From Felis catus (lineage: Eukaryota), in the NCBI RefSeq assembly GCF_018350175.1, contig NC_058373.1:104472001-104536000 (forward strand): a stretch of 64,000 bases of DNA, read 5' to 3'. Shown here piece by piece: positions 12,185 through 25,372 of the stretch (within the stretch, counting starts at the first letter, position 1; every line of letters begins with the position of its first letter). Under the pieces are notes generated by a model that was given only the letters and a program-made list of their open reading frames with translations, ran no database searches and was not told the DNA's origin. A program made the translations under genes and the position numbers.

Positions 12185-13415
12185 AATTTTTAATTGAGGT
12201 GGAATTCCTATCAATTAAAATTAACTATTTTTTTTTAAAGCTTGCTTATTTACTTTGAGAAGAGAAAGAGAGGGAGAGAGAGCGTGCATGTGCGTGAGCA
12301 CCTGTGAGGTGGAGGGGGATCAAAGAAGGAGAGGCAGAATCCCAAGCAGGCTCCACACTGTCAGCACAGAACCTGATGTGGGGCTTGATCTCACAAAGCA
12401 TGAGATCATGACCTGAGCTGAGATCAAGAGTCAGATGCTCAACTGACTGAGCCACCCAAGCACCCCTAAAATTAACTGTTTTATTTTATTTTATTTTATT
12501 TTATTTTATTTTATTTTATTTTATTTTATTATTTTATTTTTATTCATGTTTGAAAGAGAGCACAAGCAGGGGTGGGGTGGAAAGAGAGGAGGACACAGAA
12601 TCAGAAGCAGGCTCCAGGCTTCGAGCTGTCAGCACAGAGCCCAGCGTGGGGCTCGAACCCACGTACCGTGAGATCATGACCTGAGCCGAAGTCGACGCTC
12701 AACCGACTGAGCCACCCAGGCGCCCCTAAAATTAACTATTTTAAAATAAATTTAGTGGTATTTTGTACATTCACAATGTTGTACAACCACCACCTTCATC
12801 TGGTTCCAAAACATCTCCATCACTTCAAAGTAAAACCCGTTAAGGGGCGCCTGGGTGGCTCAGTGGGTTAAGCGTTCGACTTCGGCTCAGGTCATGATCT
12901 CTCAGTTTGTGGGTTCGAGCCCTGCCTCGGGCTCTGTGCTGACAGCTCAGAGCCTGGGGCCTGCTTCCGATTCAGTGTCTCCCTCTCTCTCTGCCCCTCC
13001 CCCGCTTGTGCTCTGTCTCTACCAAAAGTAAATAAACGTAAAAAAAGAAATTAGAATCCGTTACCCATTTGTTTTGGGAATGGGAATCTGCTGTTTGTTT
13101 CCATGGATTTCCCCATTTTAGGGATTTCGTATAAATGGCATCATACCATATGTGGCTTTTTGTGTGTGGTTTCTTTCACTTAACGTGAAGTTTTTGAGGT
13201 TCAACCATGTGGTGGCATGTATCCATACTTCGTGCCCTTTTATGGTTGAATGATGCCCCATTGTATCACAACTTGCTTATCAATTCATCTGTTGATGGAC
13301 ATTTGGGTGCTTTCACCTTTTGGCCATTGCGAGTATGCTGCCATGACCACTCATTTACAAGCATATTTTTGAGTCCCTGTTTTCAGTTTTTCGGCACACG
13401 TAGCTAGCAGCGGAA
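12185..13415 (-). mobile_element. Old L1M 3' end carrying three CAN-SINEs (- 12231-12466, - 12482-12726, + 12844-13050)
   Basis: L1MB-like text (tacattcacaatgttgtacaaccacc; ttgatggacatttgggtgctttcacc) interrupted by SINEs with TSDs. (TTTTA)n at about 12478-12545. Confidence 0.82.
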
Positions 13416-14586
13416 TTGTCGGTCATACATGTGCTTTGTACAAGCAATGCCCTTTCCTTCTCATATCCACACCATCCAGCTAATCTCTCCATTAGCTCTC
13501 CCTTTTGGCTTCTTGCAGGAAGCTGGCTGGATGCCCTTCCTGGGTGCTCTCAGAGCATGCATTACATACGTTCCTCTATCAAAGCAATTCTGTCTCTACA
13601 TCATATCTACTCAATTCCTTTTGTCTCCCTCTCTCCACCACATGGTCTTGAAAGCAGACAGTAGGTCTTATTCAGCATTAGGCACAGTTCCTGGAACATC
13701 CTAAGTGCTCAGCGATGCTTTATTGAATGAATGAATCCCTGGATGAATGAATGATCTTCCATGTTCCAGTCTGTCTCACACAATTTGGCATTTACTAACA
13801 AATGGTACATGGAGTTGTAAGTTATTTCATACATATCGGTCTTACTTTCCAAATTCAGTGAAAGTTCCTTTGGGAATGTCCAGGGTGTTTTGTTGTTGTT
13901 GTTGTTTCTTTTACAGTCTTGCGCATAGTAAGTGCTCAGTGAACACTTGCCGATTGTCCTGGGGGCAAAGAAAGCTGGGTACCCGAGACTTGGAAAAATA
14001 GAATTTTACAGTTGGAAGGACTGTACAGTCTTCCAAATCACTCACTTTCATTACTTGTTCCACTGACAGCTTTCACTAAAAGATTACTATGGAAAAACAG
14101 CTTCCCTTCTCATCCCTGAAGTGAGTCAAATTGCCTTTTCATGTATCTGTTCCAGAGGGCCATCTGCTCTGCCCCCAGGAGAAGCTTCTGCAGCTCCCCA
14201 TGGATAGTCTGATGGGGAGCCAACACCCTGCACATTTCCTACACTTTCATTAGTGACGTTTACTTGAGAGTCCTATGCTGGGATGCCTTTTGTTTCCATA
14301 GGACTTCCTCTAAAAATACCACAAAATTAGGTTGTCAGGGAGATTACATGAAACCCAAATGATACATTTGGTGTTTAATTCTAAAAGCACGACCAAGAAA
14401 AAACAGTGTTTATAGCTGCAAATTTTAAATCTGCTGCATAGTTATTCTGTTGTCTGCCACCTTCATGATATTTAAAAACATCTTCTCAGGCAAAGGACAT
14501 AATTCACAATTGCTCGAAGAAACAACTCGGGGTGTAAAAGGAACATGAGCCGAGACTTATTTGCACATGTCAAATCACGCCAGTAC

Positions 14587-14676
14587 CTGCATTTCCAGGA
14601 ACGCTGAGCACTGTCCCAATGGAGATCAGGATTGGGTATGTCAGCACCACGCCGACATTCACCAGGATGTTGAAGG
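14587..14676 (-). CDS. SLC35F4: SLC35F4 coding exon 7, 90 nt
   Basis: Acceptor tattttacag, donor gtactg. Encodes AFNILVNVGVVLTYPILISIGTVLSVPGNA. Phase 1-1. Found by reading the sequence; absent from the ORF track. Confidence 0.94.
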
Positions 14677-16371
14677 CTGTAAAATAATGGAGGATACAGA
14701 GGATGAAAGGAAATTGACACGCTGGGCTCTTTCCTTCTTAACGTAATAGAACCGATGTTTTTGCTAAACGTGCCTTCTAAACTTGTCCTCACCTTTGGTC
14801 AATTAATCCTCTAATTTGGGAGATGGATGTAGGAGTTTCTCGATTGAAGTAGTCCTATTCTTTTTTCTCCTCTGCCACCTTGGCTCTTGCCAAGGTGATC
14901 TCTTGCCACTTGGGTGGCAAAGGGTGTACGAAGCAATTGCAAAGCAGTGAAATAACCAATTCACTCCACCGCTTATTAGCACTATAGAGGTAGGTTGGGG
15001 CCAGCCAGAGGTTGAAAGCAGACTACTGATTGAAGTTTGGGCTTTCTCCCTTTAATGCTTTGCTCTATTATGCCATATTCCTGGATAACTAACAGGCTCT
15101 AGCGTTACTACCTAAAGGAAGATGTATCCAAGGATGGCTTATGCTGTTTTGTTCCCTCTCTCTTGCAGTGGGCATCACGCAGGCAAACAAAAGTGTATTC
15201 TGTGTAATGCACAGAACCTCAGGGACCTTTTCCGCATCCCAATTTGTGCACAGACTGCCCAGGGGCAGGTCTGCAGAACCAAAGGAAGGTATAACTAGAA
15301 ACATTTAATTAATATCTTTGGGTCCTTTTAATAAAATATAAAATCGGTTAAAATAATCCTCTACCTCCCACAAAAATGATCAAAACTCTAGGTTTTCAAA
15401 AGAAAAACAATGATAAGCCACATAGAACTGTTTTCATAGATTTCAATCCGGTGTTTGTTTTAGGGTTGAGAGAGGTGAGTGTTAACAACTACAGATTGTC
15501 CTCAGTTCAGAGAGATCTCTATGTAACTGACTCAACCATGTTGCCTGTATCTCTATAGAACCAAAGATGGTTCTAGAGCCACTCCAGTCAGGACAGCGTT
15601 TACTCTTCCATTGCTATCTATAATGCTTGCTTTAATTAAACCCACTAACTTGGTTCTCTGGAGTCACTTGGTAGTTAGAGACAGTGGGTTTGACTTTCAT
15701 AAAACTTGGACTCCTTCATAGTTACCATACAAGAGTAGTGGCAGTCAAGGCGGAGGACCTTCCTATGTTAATAACTGCTTCTCCTTCCTGGCATAGCCAC
15801 AATGGGAAAGACTATTCCAGTACCTCCACTCTCTCCTCAGACTCGGGGAATAAAATATAGCACATTCTAGCAGGTCAGGAATTAGTTAAATTCTACACAG
15901 ACGCTGCTGAACTCCTGAACTGCAATTTGTTTAGGCTGAACTGGATATTTCAGCCGATTGAAAGTATTGGTATTTGGGTGAGAACTGAGTCCTGCTCACT
16001 CAGCAAGAAGGAGGTGGTTTCACCAAAATGCGTGGTCTGTTTCTAATTTGTTCTTTAGGTAGCACACTTACTTTTCTGCCACCCTAAGGACAAGAATATA
16101 TAAGTCAGTATGTTATCTGCAGCACGGGGCCCAGCCCAAGTTTAAGTGGGACTCGGACGTATCAGGGAAATTTGGGTGAAGGCACTCCCTGGCAGATAGG
16201 CCCAACTGTGAGAAGGAAGGAGGCACAGTGAGCCTAGGTGAATAAAAGCTGTAGTTACGGGCAATGTGGACGGGTCAGAGGACCACCTGCTGTTCATCCA
16301 GCCCAGCTCCAACCAGGTCATTATCTGGTTACTATGGAGAAGAGAGGGATCGAAACAAAAACTTAAGAACA

Positions 16372-16584
16372 GGAGCCGGGTGGCTCAATCAGTTAAGCAT
16401 CTTGATTTCGGCGCAGCTCATGATCTCACAGTTCATGAGTTCAAGCCCTGCATCTGGCTCTGTGCTGATAGTGCGGAGCCTGCTTGGGATTCATTCATTC
16501 TCTCCCCCTCCCCATCTTTCTCTCTCTCTCTCCCTGTCTTTCTGCCCCAACCCCGCTCATGCTGTCTCTCTCTCAAAATAAGTG

Positions 16585-16634
<50 letters not shown>

Positions 16635-16635
16635 A
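16372..16635 (+). mobile_element. CAN-SINE with a 42-T run in its tail
   Basis: SINE body, T run 16588-16629, TSD aagaacag(g/a)a. Confidence 0.85.
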
Positions 16636-18304
16636 GAAGAACAGAATCAGTGAAGTTTGTAAAACACCTGGGGTGTGTAACACAGTCAGGAGAGAGGCTG
16701 TCGCCTCATTTTGTCACAGAGCAGCTTTGGCACAGGGAGGACTGCAGGGCACTGGGGAAGGGCTGGGTGGAGCAGCTCTAGTTCCGGGTGATGCTCTACC
16801 CCGTGGAGTCTGGAGACCATGCTGCTTGGTGGAGACCTGGCATCCTGCCGGCCTGGGTGATACCCAGCCTGGGCCGGGCTTGTGTAGAAGCATGTGTTAG
16901 ACATGCCAAGGGATATGTGTTGGTGAAGGGCAACTTGGCAGCAAGCTGGAGATATGTGTACACAGCTGGGGCCAAGAGTCAGTGAAATTTAGATTATGAC
17001 TGTTCCCAGCTAGATTGTTTTGGGCCGGGAAATTATCTCGGCACTTTTAATTAGGATGCTTGGGTCTTTTGGGAACACTGCTATTGATTTCTACTTAATT
17101 TAGCAGAGGTTATGGAAGGTCGTAACTCCACATTTTTGGACTTCAGAAGTAAAATTCAAAGGACCAACATGACTGATCGTTCTCTTATCTAAGACCTCCC
17201 CTTAGGGGCCTGGGCCAAAGTAGACCCAGTGCCTATGTGGGAATGAAAACCAGGTCATGTTTGTCCCCCCGGGAGTTATAGTGCTGCTTCAGATTATGTC
17301 ACCTTGACAAAGAAGGTCAGCTAAGGGTTGGCAGATGTCCTGCAGGTCAAGTGCGGTGGGTCAGTGGGGACTAGATGGAGGGGGCTGTCCTTAGGAAGGG
17401 TGAGGAGAGAGGAGCAGGATGAAAGCGATTTGGTTCTGAGTAAGGGGACACTGAGTCATTTAGCGGTTGCTGTTGTTCAACTGCTTGGGGCGGGAAGAGC
17501 AGGCTTGTTATTTTTCAGGTTCCTCTTAAGTCCAGTGACAGAAGCAACACAGCTAGAAAGTGGGAGCCCCCTGGTTGCTCAGGTGAAGCAGACTACCTTG
17601 AGTTTGGGGAGTTTTGAGAGAGAACATTAAAAAGTTCAAGTCAATTGGCCATTGACTAGGCACAGCCTCCTTAGCAGGGAGACCAAGTCTAATTCTGCCT
17701 TCTCCTCTTGCCTGCTGAGGGCTTCCGATCTCAAATTCATTCTCCACACACAGCCAGCCTGTGTGTGACTAAAATGTAGATGTGCGCCTGTCACCTCTGC
17801 TTAAAGGCCATTAAGTGGATTTTAAATCCACTCCCCTCAATAGCTTTCCAGGCCCTTCATGACCTGCTTCCTTCCAGATGTCATCTTTTTCCTCCTCCCC
17901 ATTCTTCCTGTACTTGGTGCGTCAGCCATTTTGATCCATTCTGAGTTCCTTGAATACACCATCTGTTCTCTCCCTCTGCCTGATGCACCGTGATCCACCT
18001 GGGACACGGTAACATCATACAATATATCATGAAGGATGGACAAGGCTGCTTTAAGACCAGTGGTGATAGAGTGCCCTGGGCCTCCAGCTCACGTCTTAAC
18101 CCATGGGAGGTATACCGGTTGAACAGCTCTGATCTAATCAAGCAATAGCCTGCAGAGGACCTTCTAACCATTAACCAACCTTAGATAAGTTTGGAAAATA
18201 GAGGACAAAGGTTCCCGAGGGAATAACCCTATTATGATCATTCATCTATCCAAGGAAAGGTCAAGTGACATAGGGAATGGAAGGCAAAACCTGGAGCCAC
18301 TTAC

Positions 18305-18497
18305 CCAGCCACAGCCCGGCCATCCCACAGAGATAGCCCCACGGCAGAGCTGCAAATGAGGACCAGTGTTCCACCTTGGTGAAATACAGGACGACCGGGG
18401 TGAAAGAGATGAAGATTAAATTGAAGAAACCCAACGTGGAGACAAAGTGTGCCGCTTCACCAAAGTTGGCACTTCCGAGAAACATCTTAAACAAAAC
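18305..18497 (-). CDS. SLC35F4: SLC35F4 coding exon 6, 193 nt
   Basis: Acceptor cccaatccag, donor gtaagt. Encodes VLFKMFLGSANFGEAAHFVSTLGFFNLIFISFTPVVLYFTKVEHWSSFAALPWGYLCGMAGLWL. Phase 0-1. Confidence 0.96.
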
Positions 18498-18799
18498 CTG
18501 GATTGGGAGAGAAACCCCTTAGCCACACAGTTAGAGACTTTGCCAGAGCAGAAAGGCAAGTTCTACACAGTGAGCTAACCAGCCCAGAGTTTACCCTCTA
18601 TTTCTCCTTATCCCACCACCTCCATGGCACAAAATGGACTGTGAATAAGTGATTAAAATGCCCTGCAGTCTTCACATGAAACAGCAAATGCCATAAAATG
18701 AACTCCTCATGCTGTTGGAAACTGCTGCAAGTCCTGTACTCTGTTAGCACCACCCTCGGTTACGGGTATAGGGTGAATGGTAAATAAGAGTGCACACGA

Positions 18800-19013
18800 G
18801 GGGTGCCTGGGTGGCGCAGTCGGTTAAGCGTCTTCAGCCAGGTCACGATTTCGCGGTCCGTGGGTTCGAGCCCCGCGTCAGGCTCTGGGTTGATGGCTCA
18901 GAGCCTGGAGCCTGTTTCCGATTCTGTGTCTCCCTCTCTCTCTGACCCTCCCCCGTTCATGCTCTGTCTCTCTCTGTCCCAAAAATAAATAAACGTTGAA
19001 AAAAAAAATTTTA
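18800..19013 (+). mobile_element. Young feline CAN-SINE
   Basis: CpG-rich body, perfect TSD aagagtgcacacga. Confidence 0.92.
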
Positions 19014-20388
19014 AAGAGTGCACACGAGCCCAGGAGAATCTAGGATTGAGATGCCATCAATTCTTCCCGTCAGGCTTGGGATGCATTTTACCCTTATTTC
19101 GACAGATACTGAAAACTAAATTAGACAGAGAGAGCCTGTCATTATGTTGTTGAGAGAATAATAATGGTGCCTTGGATTTATAAGCACTTTCCTCTCTGAG
19201 CTTAAAACACGTGCACAAATACTGTGTTTATTCTTCAGATTAAAACTATTTTTTTTTTCTGGATATAAATCTGTGTACAGGGGAGGAAGATAGCAAGGAG
19301 ATGTCAATGGCTACCATTAAGTTACGTTGGGCTGAGGAGGGGCCGGGCCTCTAGTCCATACTTCCTGACTTTATAACCCTTCTGCTTCCTATGTGAATCC
19401 TCAAACAATGTCGAATGGAGCAGATCTTTCCGATGGTGCCCATATGGTTTTATGCATGTCAGCAAATATTACCGCCCCCAGAACGAACACCCCTGTAGCG
19501 TGGTCAGGAGAATTGTCTCCATGAGATAGCCATCCCAGTGACACCGCAATTCCAGGCATGCTTTTAATGTCAACTGGACTTATTATTTTTGCTCATGAGA
19601 GACTTAATCAAGAGGACTTGACCACGTGCTGTTCTTTGGTCACATCAGACACCTCAGTGGGGTCTCAGCTGGGGGCAAGTTAGACGCCAATGGCAATTGA
19701 GTGAAAACTTGTCAAGCTTGTCACAGAATCAGTGGGCCAGGAAATGTCAATATGGAAATAGACTCCGTGCCTTCAGAGCCGCGGTGTTGGTGAATAATCA
19801 GAACAGGCATCCAGGAGGGATGCAAAGGGCGTTTTCTGCTTTTCACAGAGAATCTTCTCATTGAAACACCAAGAGAGGTGAAAGTGGAACAGTGCTTTAG
19901 CTACATCCCGAAAGCAGGCTCTGACAAGTGGAGCTTTGGGGATAACCTTTTAGATCTGCTCTCTCAGTCCTTGCTTCTGAAGTCAGGGGCAATGACTATA
20001 ATAGATTTTCCACGGATGGCAGGCGGCTCCAGTGGAGAAGGAGTGGTAAGTACATAGTGCAGACCAGGAGTATCCATCAGAGAGGAAAGGACGTCCTTCA
20101 TTTCGCTAATAACCGGAGTTCCTGTGGCTTGGGGTTAATACATGGCAGTCGACTCTCAAGTGACAGCTTGTTTCTTCTTTTTAACACCTCATTGGAGTTA
20201 AAATAAGGACGGTGGTAGTTAAAGTAAAGAAAGTTAAGAGCAGAATGGTCTTTCTCAGCCCCCGCTGCAACCAGTTGATTTCTGAGGGGCAGAGGCAGGG
20301 AGCATGGGCTTTGGAGGTGGCCAGTGGGAATTTAAATCTTGCTATCACTTCCCATCTGTGTGGCCTTGGGCAAGTTATTTAATCTTTT

Positions 20389-20389
20389 T

Positions 20390-20421
<32 letters not shown>

Positions 20422-20486
20422 TTTTTTTAAACTTACATCCAAATTAGCATATAGTGCAACAATGATTTCAGGAGTACTCCTGAAAT
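20389..20486 (-). mobile_element. Very short L1 3'-end insertion inside a MIR (about 20290-20620)
   Basis: (TTTA)n tail, about 45 bp of L1 3' UTR, 18-bp TSD caagttatt(t/g)aatctttt. Confidence 0.8.
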
Positions 20487-20751
20487 CAAGTTATTGAATC
20501 TTTTAAACCTCAGTTTCCTCATCTGGAAAGTGGGGATAAGTACCTGTGCCTCATAAGGGTGAGTTAACACAGGGGAAAATTTCTGGCAAGTACTCAGTAA
20601 ATGGTACTTATTCTTATTTATTATTATTATTATTTTTACTTATTTTTATTTAAACCACTTCCCCCCCACCCCCAGCCAAGATTTTCTTTGTCCTGCCTTC
20701 TTTTATGACTTAAGTCTAAGCTATGACTACACAAAAAAGTGCACGACATAC

Positions 20752-20877
20752 CTTGTATAATGCAGACGTAGAGGCTGAACCCACTGCAAAGGCCACTCCT
20801 ATGATCGAATCAGTGTGGAAATTATCTGCATATGCCATCATGACGATGCCGGTAATGGCCATTATTGCAGCAACTAT
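20752..20877 (-). CDS. SLC35F4: SLC35F4 coding exon 5, 126 nt
   Basis: Acceptor tatttgacag, donor gtatgt. Encodes IVAAIMAITGIVMMAYADNFHTDSIIGVAFAVGSASTSALYK. Phase 0-0. Not shown in this frame in the ORF track. Confidence 0.95.
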
Positions 20878-23800
20878 CTGTCAAATAGAATGCAAAGGAA
20901 TTAAAAAAAATTGATGCCTCCATATCTCAGAGCAAGCCATTGAAGACTTCATGAGAGTTGCTAAATGCCTCCTCAAACCCAATTACCTCTTGTACATCGC
21001 TGTTTCAATGCGAGAAGGGTCAGTATTAACAAGAAATCAGTATGCTCCTGAGACATCCAGGCAGAGAATATAAAAGCTGCTCCCATTCTAATTAAGGGTT
21101 AGTAATTTTCGTGTAATTTTTTCGCTCAACTTCCCAGAGATTAATATCCGTGTTGGCAAAATGAATTTCACAGGAAATCACTCCAGAGCATTTTCATCTA
21201 TACTGTATGTTTTTTCTTCAAAACAATTCAGCATACATTTTAATCAGCTCCTTGGATCAATGCATGGTTTTGAAGATCGACACATAACCAGGACTTGATT
21301 AGGGAGACCTAACATTGATGCAGCTAAGAGGCAAAATTTAAGCCATGGGGCGGGGAGCGGGGGGGGGGGGGAAGGAAAGCAAATCATCTCTTATAGTGAT
21401 TTACAAGGAGTGGGCAGAGTTTTCACTGGTACTTGGAATGTCAAAGGGAGACTAGTTCTTCCTTCTTTTTACGTGCGAATTAAACCACAAAAAAGATAAT
21501 TTCATCTCATTACTCTAGATCATTAACCACACAAATTTGATTGAAATCATAAGGGTACGATATTTCGATAGGATGCTTGAAATATTCAAAACTCCCTTAG
21601 AGAAATGCTGATTTACATCTGTTTCTTAAAGGATCTTGAACTGATTCTGCTGGAAAACATTTCAAAGCTATAGTAAACAGGAAAATAACAGGCCCTGGAA
21701 TAGGAAACAATACGTCATTTCCTTGTGAAATAGTCTCACTCACTTTTAAATCAAGATGCAACTTTGCGAGAAATTTATAGGTTACGTGGCAGTTAATTTT
21801 GTTAGGTTTCAGTTCTGAGTATTCCCAAGTAAATCAATTCCTCCGTAGATAGCTTTTCCACGTATGTGGGGGGTTTTTTGGCCCTTCTGAATATTAGTGA
21901 ATTATTTATTGCAACAAAATGTAGATCTTCAACATGTAACCATAGACTTGCTCCAGGCCAGCGCAGAGTATGGTGGCGATGACACGTTATCGTTTAGATG
22001 CTGCTAAAGCAATTCTTTTGTTAATGACCACGAAAAGCAAGTGCACTGTTGGTTTCAGACCTAGCTTCATACTAAAGCATCTTTTATGAAAAACAGCAGG
22101 AGTACTTGAGAACAGACGCTGACATGTCAGCAGTGAAAAACCGTCTTCATAAAGCGTTTTTCCGGGAGGCTGCTTGATGGGAGGCGTTTCTCTTGCTGAG
22201 TGAATATCGTATTCTCTAAAGCTCCCAGGCATGTGTTCTAGTTAGACCATGCCTCAAACTATAGGGAATAGAATCTAATACACACACCATGAGATGTCAA
22301 GGAAATTTTCCAAACAAGAAGTAATAGACTCATAAATAAACATGGTGTAGGGGTTATCTAGACTTAGAAATTGTGTGAGGGTTATCATTTTCTTTGATTT
22401 GGGGATTTATAGTTCAGCCAAGGACTTGCAACAATCCTTTGGGCAGTCTGATTTCAGACAAATGAAAAGTCATGTTAGACACTGGCATTTTGGTTTTGTT
22501 TGTGTGTGTAAATAATATTCGTGGGTCGAAGTCTTCAAGTGCACAAGTAGATTTCCCTCGTAAGACTGAATTTGCAGGACAATAAATCTGAATGGGTATT
22601 TGTTTTCTTTCGGCCAAGCATCAGTTGTGTTTTCTTGTTCACATCAAGATGGGATTAATAGAATACAGTGTTAATTGTAATTAACTTTGTCACCTTAACT
22701 GTAACTGTAACTTTAACATGAGGTACTGTTTCATATTTAAAATTATCAAAATTATTGTATAATCCATAATATTTGGGTTTAGGCAACTGTGCATAATATG
22801 TAATTCTGAGTTTAGGGAATTATGAAAACAAACAGCCTATACAAAATAAAATAAAACACAAAAACACTGTCTGGCAAGTGATGAACATTTAACACTAATC
22901 ACCCCCCGGCTACGACTTCAGTTAGGAGCACTTCCTTTTCTGAGTCAGCCTTTAGTAAAAATATATATGCTTAGTATGTCTACTATAAGTATTCCCAAGA
23001 TAGAAATTGGGTATGGAGAAAGATGATAAATTTTATAGCAATTCAAAATTATAACTATGATGAGCCTCTTAAAGGTCTCCATTACATTTTATATTCAAGT
23101 GCTTGTGGAAATATTAGCCAGACCACTTAAACTGACATTATCAATTACACCAGTGTTTCTTTCCATTGCTTTCATGGAGAGAAGCATTTTTCATGTCGCA
23201 GGGCTGGACAATGTGGTTAGTTACGTTCTACAAGCATGAAAATCTGAATATTTGAGATGTTAGAAAAATTCTTTTCTATGGCATGAACAGTAGTTGATAG
23301 GTTATATAGGTTTGCTGTGGGGGGGCGAAGATAAGCTAAATTATTTTCCACATTTTTTTACTTAAATCTCACAGCTAACAGAACATTTTCCGTGGCTGCG
23401 TTTTAAGAAATGTTCAATGTGCTTCTTGTCTACAGGGTTGGAACTAAAGGACGAGAGCTCAGCTAATCTAGGAAATGCAGGAAAATGCTGGATGGGAGGC
23501 TCAGCGGAGTGGTCATGCGGATGCTCCCACGGTGGCTCTCCTTGGCACCACTGGTTAATTGCAGAATAAATACTATTCAGATTTCCAGAGAACAAATAGC
23601 CTCAGCACAGATCTGAGTCTCCGACATCTTCAGAATTCACCAGTTATCAAGGAAGGATGAATAGTCTATTCTTTTGAATAAAAGACATAAAATGACTCTT
23701 CTCGGGCTCAGGACACTGGAAACGTGCCTGCAGAAAGCCAGTGCCTTAAATACTGTGTCGGAAATGCGCGTGTGTGCACATCCACGTGGTGACAGCCACA

Positions 23801-24954
23801 AAAATGCCTTTGAGCCCATTAGCATCCGTATGAGGGACGCTTCTGCTGAAAACACACCATTTCGTGGCGGCACCCGTTTGGCTTCAGCAAAACGTGGCTC
23901 TCCTCACAATCTATTCCAGTTCCAGCCCTCTAGCCAACCAGCCTTGTTCTGAGTAAGACAGAAAACGCACCGCCGCCACGACCTGAATCTGCTTTGGGTG
24001 AGAATGTTAGTAACCATAATGACCATAAAACTGCCAATGCCTCAGTTTCAACTTTGGAAACCTCTCAGTCCCCTCACATCGTGGTGTGCCCACCTTGGGT
24101 GGGGGGCGGGGAGGGGAGTACCCTGCGGAAAAGAATTTATTTGGTCCATTTTCCCAGCCTACCTCTTCAGGGACGTTTCTTCCTGAGCCAGCTACCTTCC
24201 TCTGCAGGCTCAGCCCCCTGTGAGAGCCTCCCATCAACTTTCAGGGCTGATCAGAGGGGGACCATGAGGCTGTTTGAGTGTGTTCCTAAAGCCCAAAGAG
24301 GGCTTTCGAGTAAACATTTGATACTCTCACCGTGGTATATACCACATGCGACCCTGCAGGAAAGCTACGTTTCTGTCATCTTTCAAAGAATTCGTAGATA
24401 AATAGCTAGAGATAAAAGCCAGAGAAGCATCTGGCTTTTGACTGTTTTTATTTCCCTGTATCGTCATTTCTTTCCTTTTTCGTCTCGGGCCCTCAAAAAC
24501 CACAGGCGTCTGGCCCTTCTCTGGATCTCCGTGAGGGTTTACCAGCCTCATTACTTCGCTGTGTTTCTCATTGACAAAATGGCTTCCAGAATTATTATTT
24601 GAGTAACAGTATCAGTTCTTCTAGGGTTCAGGGTGTTGAGATGAAGCTTTAATTGCTTTTCTTTCTAATTGCAACTGGAATAGCTTTCCTCAAGTTGCCT
24701 TGTGGTTAACTCTGTTTCTAAGGCTGGGTGAGCATGGAGGCGTTTCACTGGCTCACGACGGACCCCTGAATCCCGAGACTACAGCAGCCTCTAGAATGGA
24801 GGGCCTCAAAGCGACACTGCTGGCAGGACTGTTCTCAAGTTTGAGACTAAAGGTCGGCAGCTCAAGGTGGGTTACACGTTAATAGCTTGGCCAGTGAGAC
24901 CTGCACTGATGATCATCCTTGTCCTCTCTGAGTACATTTTCTTTCTTTCTATCT

Positions 24955-25158
24955 TTTAAAAAAATGTTTCTTTTTTATTTATTTTTGAGAGAGAATGTGT
25001 GAATGCAGGGAAGGGGCAGAAAGAGGAGAGAGAGCACAGAGGATCCAAAGCAGGCTCTGTGCTGACAGCAGAGAGCCTGATGAGGGGCTTCCCAAACTGC
25101 GAGATCATGACCTGAGTCGAAGTTGGATGCTTAACCCACGGAGCCACCCAGGCTCCCC
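24955..25158 (-). mobile_element. CAN-SINE
   Basis: Antisense SINE consensus ending gagccacccaggctcccc. Confidence 0.88.
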
Positions 25159-25327
25159 AGTAGAGTCCATTTTCAAGGAACTGGGACTATGCAGAATCCT
25201 TCAACTTGTCCGCATGCTACATTTAAGGTTCCATGAAGGTGAACCATCTGTTTTACTCAGATCCCGTGAAATTGGACAAGAGTTGAAGTGTGAGAAATGA
25301 AAGAGGTGGGCAGTATATAGCTGTACA

Positions 25328-25331
<4 letters not shown>

Positions 25332-25362
<31 letters not shown>

Positions 25363-25372
25363 TGGGTGTGGG
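25332..25372. repeat. (GT)n microsatellite
   Basis: Direct observation. Confidence 0.95.

Noticed and set aside
17814..17832. Near-perfect palindrome agtggattt-t-aaatccact
   Set aside because: A 9-bp arm in AT-rich, probably L2-derived sequence is plausible by chance in 64 kb.
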